Below, in pieces: positions 57,205-64,000 of a stretch of 64,000 nucleotides of DNA. Numbering within the stretch: position 1 is the first letter of the stretch; each line of letters opens with the position of its first letter. A program made the translations under genes and the position numbers. The notes beneath the pieces are model-generated. The model saw only the letters and a list, made by a program, of their open reading frames with translations, searched no databases and was not told the origin of the DNA. The DNA lies in contig JAJPHT010000013.1 in NCBI GenBank assembly GCA_021325135.1, positions 32,001 through 96,000 of the forward strand. The letters run 5' to 3'. This DNA comes from Pseudomonadota bacterium (GTDB lineage Archaea; Thermoplasmatota; SW-10-69-26; JACQPN01; JAJPHT01).

Positions 57205-58671
57205 TCAGCTCTCGCGCCAGGTCACCGAAGGTTGAGGTTGGCTTCGGGTGGCCATGAACGCGTGCCATAATGCGGCGACCAAGCCAAACGCAACGACGAT
57301 GACTCCGACGAGCGGAGCCACCGGCGCAAGCAGCCAACCGATGAGCATCATCGCGGCGAGGACGACGTGGGCGGTCGCAAATGGTCGAAGGTTTGACGTC
57401 GTCCAAGCGGCGCTCAGCAGGCCGAGCGCGATGGGGAGCGCAACCGCGCTTGCGTTGACCACGTCGGAGGCTTGGACGCGCCCGAACGTCGGGAGCACGT
57501 TCCCCCACTGGAAAGTCGCAGAGATCTCTTTCCAAGGGAGGAGTCGTCCTGTGGCGTCCGTAAGCAGCCTCATCTCGATGAAAACGAGCGGCAACAGGGC
57601 GATGAGAGCAATGAACGCGCATGCGAGCAACTTCGCAGCAGGGCTTTGGCTTACGCGCGTCTGGACGATCATCGCAGGGAGTTCCCTGCGCGCATAGACC
57701 TCCTCAATTTCACTTGGGCTGGCGTAGAGCTGGACTTGTTCGCGGCCCGTTGAGCCACGCGTCGCATGCTGCGGCTGGGCGATGTCGCGTTGAAACACCA
57801 GGCCGTCGGGGAGCTTCAGCCGACCGTGAGAGGATGCTCCTGGAAGCAACGGGAATGCGGCTCCCAAACGGAGAGGCCATCCGAGAGCCGCCCAGAGGTG
57901 GTCCATCGTTTCGTAGGGGGTGCCACTCTCGGCGATATACTTGATCATCAGGTGCGGCTCGATCTCGTTCCGCTCCCTGGGCTCGATGGGATCGGGCAAG
58001 AGCACCCACGGAGTGTAGAATCCGAACAGGCGGCCAATGACGTAGTCCGCGAAGACTTGAGTGGCGGCTTCGGCCGCATTGGGAGGATCCGAGTGGGTTG
58101 AAAGCGCTTGCTGAAAGTACTCGACGATTGCCCCCTTTTCCGCATTTCCGAGGTTTCGACTCCAGTCCTTCTCGAACAAGCTCGTCCGCCAATGTGAATC
58201 CGATATGGCCGTGCGAAGCGGCGGAGGCAAAGTTGGATCTGAGCGGAGAGCACGAATGACATCCGGGAACAGTTCAGCGTAGAAAACGTCGATCTCGGCG
58301 CTCGGCAGGAGGACGAGGCGGCGACCCGTCTCGTCTTCAGCTTTCATGTTCAACTGCAACTCGGCCTTTCGATGAGGCAGCGGGACCACTCTAAGCGGTT
58401 GGTCAAGAGTGTTGTTATAGACGTACACCTCTTCGGCCCGAGCCCGTTCCAGATTCAGCAGGACAATCTGGCGATCGTGGCGGAGCAGTTGCCAACCAAT
58501 GAAAGCGTCGCGAAATTGCGCGGCGCCTGCCGTTACCATCGGCGTGTTTACCGCCAAACGGGTCAAAAACATTCGGGAATGCATCCCGAGGCAACCGCAG
58601 TCCAGATCGCCTTCGACATGGATCGCCCTCCGACACGCAGCCACGGGGGCCTCGGGGTTGTCCCATGCCAA
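57205..58671 (-). CDS. Hypothetical protein with C-terminal TMs (lower-GC islet; start uncertain)
   Basis: Long ORF, atypical codon usage, about four C-terminal TMs. Confidence 0.6.
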   Translation of the reverse strand: MAWDNPEAPVAACRRAIHVEGDLDCGCLGMHSRMFLTRLAVNTPMVTAGAAQFRDAFIGWQLLRHDRQIVLLNLERARAEEVYVYNNTLDQPLRVVPLPHRKAELQLNMKAEDETGRRLVLLPSAEIDVFYAELFPDVIRALRSDPTLPPPLRTAISDSHWRTSLFEKDWSRNLGNAEKGAIVEYFQQALSTHSDPPNAAEAATQVFADYVIGRLFGFYTPWVLLPDPIEPRERNEIEPHLMIKYIAESGTPYETMDHLWAALGWPLRLGAAFPLLPGASSHGRLKLPDGLVFQRDIAQPQHATRGSTGREQVQLYASPSEIEEVYARRELPAMIVQTRVSQSPAAKLLACAFIALIALLPLVFIEMRLLTDATGRLLPWKEISATFQWGNVLPTFGRVQASDVVNASAVALPIALGLLSAAWTTSNLRPFATAHVVLAAMMLIGWLLAPVAPLVGVIVVAFGLVAALWHAFMATRSQPQPSVTWRES

Positions 58672-58726
58672 AGATCAACGCCGTCGTGGGCGCACAACGG
58701 AAGGGAACCGCGCCTACTGTCCCGCG

Positions 58727-59704
58727 TCAACCACTCGTGTAGTCGTAGAACCCCTTCCCACTCTTGCGCCCCAGGTGCCCGCTCTTGACAAGCTGCTGGA
58801 TGATCTGCGGCGCGCGCTGCGATTCGGAGACGCCCATCGCCCGCATGTTGGTCGCGACGTGCCAGATCACGTCGAGGCCCACCATGTCGGCAAGCTCCAG
58901 GGGGCCCATGGGCCAGCCGGCGCCGGTCTTCATCGCCTTGTCGATGTCGCGGGGGCTGGCGATGCCCTCCTCGTAGATGAGGAAGGCCTCGGTGAAGGCG
59001 CGGCCCAGGATGCGGTTGACGACGAAGCCGGGCGTCTCCTTGACCTTCACGGGGAGCATGGGGTAGCGGTGATTCCTCAATTCCTCCAGGAAGGAGATGG
59101 TCTCCTCGACGACGCTCTCGGCGGTCTCCAGCGCGGGGATGACCTCCACGAGGGGGAGCGTGGTGGGGGGGTTGAAGAAGTGGGCGCCGAGGACCTTCTG
59201 GCGGCGGTCCTTGACGGCGCTGGCGATCTCGGTGATGGAGAGCGCGCTGGTGTTGGTGGCGAGGATGGCGTGGCGCGGGGTGGCCTGCTCCAGCTCGCGG
59301 AAGACCTGCTGCTTGACGTCCATGCGCTCCAGCGCGGCCTCGACGACGAAGTCCACGTCGGCGAAGTCGTCGTAGGAGGTCGTGCCCTTGATGGACTTGA
59401 GGACCTTCTGCGCGCGCTCCGCGGTGTAGGTGGGCGTCTTGGACTCGCGGATCTTGGCCTTCTGCTCGTCGGTGAGGCGGATGCCGTTGTCGGACTCGAT
59501 GCGCTCGATCTCGCGCTCGGCCTTGCCCTGGTGGAACTGCACGAGGCCGGCGAGGCTCGCCTCGATGTTCTTCAGGCCGCGCTGCACGTACTCGTCCTTC
59601 ACGTCCTTGAGGACGACCTTCTTGCCGTTGAGGGCGAAGACCTCGGCGATGGCCGCGCCCATGGCGCCCGCGCCCACGACGCCCACCTTCTCGACGTACA
59701 CCAT
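58727..59704 (-). CDS. 3-hydroxyacyl-CoA dehydrogenase
   Basis: GAGAMG, VEAALE, ATNTS, HFFNP, PGFVVNRIL, PMGPLELAD.VGLD, GRKSGKGFY. Confidence 0.93.
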   Translation of the reverse strand: MVYVEKVGVVGAGAMGAAIAEVFALNGKKVVLKDVKDEYVQRGLKNIEASLAGLVQFHQGKAEREIERIESDNGIRLTDEQKAKIRESKTPTYTAERAQKVLKSIKGTTSYDDFADVDFVVEAALERMDVKQQVFRELEQATPRHAILATNTSALSITEIASAVKDRRQKVLGAHFFNPPTTLPLVEVIPALETAESVVEETISFLEELRNHRYPMLPVKVKETPGFVVNRILGRAFTEAFLIYEEGIASPRDIDKAMKTGAGWPMGPLELADMVGLDVIWHVATNMRAMGVSESQRAPQIIQQLVKSGHLGRKSGKGFYDYTSG

Positions 59705-59739
59705 GCGGCCGCCCAGCCGTCCCGAGCGCCATAAGCGTG

Positions 59740-59920
59740 TCGTCGTTCCGGCTCCGACGAGGAGTGAATGACGAGGGCCTCAGGGGAGAAGAGAGTCAAG
59801 GAGCGCCCGGCGCGCAGCGCCGAGGGCGCGTTCGTTGCCTATCGCCCCTCGCCGCAGCGAGGGGCCGCATAGGGCGTATTGCGCCGCTGGTACGCCAGCG
59901 GCCGCTGGTCCGCCAGCGGC
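59740..59920. repeat. Cluster of five hairpins including a tandem 18-bp palindrome
   Basis: CCGCTGG-tacg-CCAGCGG and CCGCTGG-tccg-CCAGCGG (59884-59919); GCCCCTCGC-cgca-GCGAGGGGC. Confidence 0.75.
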
Positions 59921-59922
59921 TT

Positions 59923-60120
59923 CTAGAACAGCTTCTTCACGGCCTCGTTCTCGTCCGCGAGGTCGGGGCCGGCCTGGACGACGTGCTCGAAGTAGTAGTC
60001 CAACGCCTCTTCGATGGCGTCGCTCATCTTCTTGTTGCGGAGGAGCTTGAGCGCGTGAAGCTTGAGGTGATAGCTCACGTCGATCTTGACGCGCAGCTCC
60101 TTGACGTCGCCTTCGGACAA
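59923..60120 (-). CDS. Small ribbon-helix-helix-like DNA-binding protein
   Basis: KELRVKID..HLKLHALK...MSDAIEEALDYYF; TTG start after AGGGGA. Confidence 0.7.
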   Translation of the reverse strand: MSEGDVKELRVKIDVSYHLKLHALKLLRNKKMSDAIEEALDYYFEHVVQAGPDLADENEAVKKLF

Positions 60121-60503
60121 CGGTAGTCCCCTGATTCTCGCGCCCGGAGACGAAAAGGATTCTCGTTCGGACGCCGGGGTCAGGCGGCCACCCGGGCAGC
60201 CCCGGGCCTCGGGGCGCCTGCGCAGAAAATCCCCCTCCGACCCAGGAAAATGCGCGCTTCTGTCCATGGATGCCCACGTTTGCCGGCGCCCGGCCGGAAA
60301 ACCGGAGCGGAGGACCCCCCACTTATACCGCGCCCGCGCCTTTGGTTTGAATCCGTGAGGGGGCACGGAAACAGGCGGCCGAGGGGGGTATATGAAGAGG
60401 CGCCCGCTCGCCGCCGGGACCATAGATAAGGATTTCGTTGTACCGACGTGACAGACAAATATCACCTGTTGCAGACGGGGGGCCGCTCGCTTGGTGGGTC
60501 GCC

Positions 60504-63467
60504 ATGTTGCTTCCTCGTCTGCTCCCTCGCTTCGCCGGACTGCTTGCCGCTCTCCTCCTCGCCGCCACCTTCGCGCCCTTCGTCGCGGAGGCGCAGGCCG
60601 CCTCCACCACGCCCCCGCTGGGCATGGACATGGGGAGCGTCCGCGCCCTCGCCGCCGCCGGCGCGCCCGCGCGCTACGGCTCCTACTGGGTCGGCGTGTG
60701 GATGGCCTCCTCAGGCTGGGGCGGCCTTGACAACGCGCTGGACACGGCGGTCGCCACCGGCGCCACGCCCGTCATCTACTGGTACTACTGGGGCGACAGC
60801 ATCTCCCCCTCGTGCGTCGACAACGGCTGCTCGGGCAAGAGCCAGGCCCAGTGGACCGCCATGACGCAGACGCTCGCGGACCACGTCCGGAGCAAGATGG
60901 GCGGCCGCGAGACGCTCATCGTCCTGGAGAACGAGTTCAACAAGGGCGGCATCGACGGCACCTACGCGCCCACCTTCGACGCGAAGCTCGCTGCCGTCGG
61001 CCAGACGCTCAAGGGCGTCTCCGGCGTGCGCCTCATCCTGGGCTTCGGCAACTGGGGCGAGGCCAACTGGGTGAAGTTCCCCAAGTCAGCCGCCATCAGC
61101 GACTACATCGGCTTCCAGATGATGCGCGCGAGCACCCGCGACACGCAGGCCTCCTACTCCAGCGCGTCGGACCGCACCGTGACGCTCACGAACTACGTCG
61201 CGTCCAAGTTCAACAAGCCCAGCTTCCTCTACGACCTCGCGCTCTCCAGCTACCCCGACGCGACGTGGGCGAACCTCCAGGCCTCGACGCTCCAGGCGAT
61301 CTTCAACAACCTCGCCTCCAGCGGCGCCACGGGCCTCCAGGGCGTCATCTACCGCTCGCTGAAGGACACGTACATGGACCCCTCGAACTACTACGGCGCG
61401 GCCGAGTCCTACTGGGGCCTCCAGACCTCCTCCGGCGCGGCCAAGCCCGCGTGGAACGTCTGGCACGCGGTCGCCACCTCGGGCCCCGCCCCGGCGCCTG
61501 CCCCTGCGCCCGCTCCGGCCCCGGCGCCCCAGATGGCAGGCTTCGCCGCGCCCGGCGCCATCGAGGCCGAGGCCATGACCGCGACCGCGGGCGGCCGCGG
61601 CGCGGACTCCACCGCCTCGGGCGGCGCGTACTGGAACCTGTGGAGCAACGGCGAGGTGCGCGCGAACGCCTCCTCGGCCTCCGCGTTCTCGGCCCGCGTC
61701 ACGCTGACCGCCAAGGGCCAGCCTGCCGGCGGCGTCGCGCCCCACGCGGAGCTTCGCGTGAACGGCGCGGTCGTCGCCGCGTGGGACGTCGCCTCCACCT
61801 CCTGGGCCGCCTACGGCGCGGACGTCTCCCTCCCTGCGCGCAACGCGACCCTCTCCATCGCGTACACCAACGACGGAGTGGTCAACGGCGTCGACCGCAA
61901 CCTCCTGGTGGACCGCGTGGCCGTCGCCGTCGCGCCGCCGCCCAACCAGCCCCCCACGGCCTCGTTCACCGCCAGCGCGTCGGGCCTCTCGGCGAGCTTC
62001 GACGCCTCCGCGTCCCGCGACCCCGAGGGCTCCGCGCTCACCTACGCGTGGAGCTTCGGCGACGGGACCTCCGGCGCGGGCGTCGCGCCCACGCACGCCT
62101 ACGCCGCCGCGGGCAGCTACGTCGTGAAGCTCACCGTGAGCGACGGCTCGCTCACCGGCTCGTCCAGCTCCACCGTGACGGCCGTGCAGCCCAACCGCGC
62201 GCCGGTGGCCGCGCTCTCCTGCTCGGCGACCGACCTCACGGCCACCTGCGACGGCTCGGCCTCCAGCGACCCCGACGGCGACGCTCTCTCCTACGCGTAC
62301 GACTTCGGCGACGGCGCCACGGGCGAGGGCCCGCAGGCGACGCACACCTACGCGACGGCGGGCAACCACACCATCGTCCTCACGGTGAGCGACGGCAAGC
62401 TCTCCTCGACGGCCCGCGCGGTCGTCTCCACGAAAATGCCCAACCGCGCGCCCATCGCGCAGGCGGCGTGCAGCGCGGTGAACCTGACCGCGACGTGCGA
62501 CGCGTCGGGCTCCTCGGACCCTGACGGCGACGCGCTCACCTACGCGTGGGCGTTCGGCGACGGGGCGACCGCGACCGGCGTCCGCGCGACGCACGCCTAC
62601 GCCGCGGCGGGCAGCCACACGATCCAGCTCACCGTGAGCGACGGCAAGCTCTCCTCGGGCGCCAGCGCGACGGTGACGGCGGTCCAGCCCAACCGCGCGC
62701 CCACGGCCGCCATGAGCGTCTCGGGCAGCGGCCTCTCGTTCGGCTTCGACGGCCGCTCCTCCAGCGACCCCGACGGCGACGCGCTCAGCTACCTCTGGAG
62801 CTTCGGCGACGGCGCCACCGCCACCGGGGCCCAGGCGACGCACGCCTACGCCGCGGGCGGCAGCTACACGGCGACCCTCACGGTGACGGACCCCTCCGGC
62901 GCCACGGGCCGCGCGTCGGCCGCCGTCTCCGCGGTGGCGCCCCCGCCCCCGGCCCCCGCCGCGCCCTTCAGCGCGGACTTCGCCAATGTCAAGGGCAACG
63001 AGTGGTGGGTGCAGGCGGACGTCTCCGGCAGCGAGGCGATCAGCGCCGTCTGCGCGTCGGTCGACGGCGGCGCCTGCCAGGCGCTCAAGCTCCAGAGCTG
63101 GGGCTCCTGGGCCGCGGTCGTCCACGCGCCCACCGGCTCGAAGGTGACGTTCACGGCGACCGGCGCCAGCGGGCGCTCAGACTCGTCCGTCGCCTACGAC
63201 TGGCCCTCGGCGACGCCCTCGTTCAGCGCGACCTTCAGCCCCTACGGCGGCAACGCCTGGTGGGTCCAGACGCGCGTGGACGCGACGCTCTCCGTGGCCT
63301 CGGTGTGCGCCTCGGTGAACGGCGGCGCCTGCCAGGCGCTCAAGCTGCAGAGCTGGGGCGCCTGGGCGGCGAGCATCAACGCGCCGGCCGGATCGAAGGT
63401 CGTCTTCACGGCGACCGCGACCACCGGCCAGAAGGCCGTCTCCGCCGCCTACCCCTGGCCCACGTGA
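60504..63467 (+). CDS. Secreted modular protein: GH-like catalytic domain, CBM-like domain, 4 PKD, 2 expansin/CBM63-like repeats
   Basis: LENEFN; PA linker; IEAEAM module; four D.S.S.DP..Y...FGDG repeats; two GN.WWVQ..QSWG.WA repeats. Confidence 0.8.
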   Translation: MLLPRLLPRFAGLLAALLLAATFAPFVAEAQAASTTPPLGMDMGSVRALAAAGAPARYGSYWVGVWMASSGWGGLDNALDTAVATGATPVIYWYYWGDSISPSCVDNGCSGKSQAQWTAMTQTLADHVRSKMGGRETLIVLENEFNKGGIDGTYAPTFDAKLAAVGQTLKGVSGVRLILGFGNWGEANWVKFPKSAAISDYIGFQMMRASTRDTQASYSSASDRTVTLTNYVASKFNKPSFLYDLALSSYPDATWANLQASTLQAIFNNLASSGATGLQGVIYRSLKDTYMDPSNYYGAAESYWGLQTSSGAAKPAWNVWHAVATSGPAPAPAPAPAPAPAPQMAGFAAPGAIEAEAMTATAGGRGADSTASGGAYWNLWSNGEVRANASSASAFSARVTLTAKGQPAGGVAPHAELRVNGAVVAAWDVASTSWAAYGADVSLPARNATLSIAYTNDGVVNGVDRNLLVDRVAVAVAPPPNQPPTASFTASASGLSASFDASASRDPEGSALTYAWSFGDGTSGAGVAPTHAYAAAGSYVVKLTVSDGSLTGSSSSTVTAVQPNRAPVAALSCSATDLTATCDGSASSDPDGDALSYAYDFGDGATGEGPQATHTYATAGNHTIVLTVSDGKLSSTARAVVSTKMPNRAPIAQAACSAVNLTATCDASGSSDPDGDALTYAWAFGDGATATGVRATHAYAAAGSHTIQLTVSDGKLSSGASATVTAVQPNRAPTAAMSVSGSGLSFGFDGRSSSDPDGDALSYLWSFGDGATATGAQATHAYAAGGSYTATLTVTDPSGATGRASAAVSAVAPPPPAPAAPFSADFANVKGNEWWVQADVSGSEAISAVCASVDGGACQALKLQSWGSWAAVVHAPTGSKVTFTATGASGRSDSSVAYDWPSATPSFSATFSPYGGNAWWVQTRVDATLSVASVCASVNGGACQALKLQSWGAWAASINAPAGSKVVFTATATTGQKAVSAAYPWPT

Positions 63468-63678
63468 GAACGCCCGGAGGTCCCCTCGGGACCTCTCCTT
63501 TCCTTCCAAGGAAAGGGGGCGCGGAACGTGGGCGGGGACCCCGACCCGCCAAGCGAGCACTTTGCGACCGGGGTCCCCTCCTACCCGCCAAGCTCCTATA
63601 CGCCCTTTTTGTTGGCGCCGCTGCGACGGAGCGGCCATGCCCCCCCTTGTCTTGGTGCCCCGGTTTCTCGCTCGGACC

Positions 63679-64000
63679 ATGGATGCACGAACTGCGATCG
63701 CATTCCTGACCCTCGGCCTCGTCATCGCGCCCGTCTTCCTTCCTGGCGCGGAGGCCGCGACCCTCCCCGGGCTGGGCGTCAACGACGGCGGCCTCGCCGA
63801 GATGAAGGCGGCCGGCGGCAGCCCCTCCTTCTCCGCCTTCTGGGTGGGCAAGTGGACGGCGGGCAGCGGCTGGGGCGCCCTGGACAACGCCCTCCAGCAC
63901 GCCCGGGCCACCGGCGTCACGCCGGTCGTCCTCTGGTACTACTGGGGCAACGACGGCTCCCCGACGTGCGTCCAGTACGGCTGCAACGGCAAGAGCCGGA
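63679..64000 (+). CDS. Paralogue of the upstream GH-like protein (partial, runs off window)
   Basis: MDARTAIAFL signal; FWVGKW..GWGALDNAL..TPVVLWYYWG..C...C.GKS. Confidence 0.8.
   Translation, partial: MDARTAIAFLTLGLVIAPVFLPGAEAATLPGLGVNDGGLAEMKAAGGSPSFSAFWVGKWTAGSGWGALDNALQHARATGVTPVVLWYYWGNDGSPTCVQYGCNGKSR

Noticed and set aside
61940-62940. Four ~250-bp DNA repeats
   Set aside because: Explained by tandem PKD domains in the protein.

Overview
A very GC-rich, gene-dense archaeal chromosomal segment. It encodes an archaellin, TFB, A-type ATPase subunit D and a rhomboid protease with an AN1 zinc finger, and has TATA-like boxes about 30 nt upstream of many starts. The gene content suggests a Thermoplasmatota-like lineage (inference). 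Housekeeping and metabolic genes include fixCX, cysS, glmM with an NDP-sugar nucleotidyltransferase, mntH, an alkylpurine glycosylase, MazG, an acyl-CoA carboxyltransferase and a 3-hydroxyacyl-CoA dehydrogenase. There are many exported proteins (four Asp-box propeller lipoproteins, a CBM-PQQ dehydrogenase, GH-PKD proteins) and three lower-GC islets. I saw no rRNA, tRNA, CRISPR array, integrase or transposase. Best candidates for new biology: (1) a three-gene operon with a 4-Cys mini-protein, a tandem-GNAT acyltransferase and a second CysRS paralogue lacking the anticodon domain, which mirrors MshC/MshD logic and may make an N-acyl-cysteinyl thiol in an archaeon; (2) two separate gene termini with the same direct-inverted-direct micro-triplication joined by GNA-type mini-hairpins, plus related hairpin clusters; (3) tandem TFE-alpha-like winged-helix paralogues behind a leader ORF, one with an apparent CTG start; (4) a closed ~215-nt structured RNA candidate beside tfb. 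All family calls come from motif recognition by eye, not database searches.
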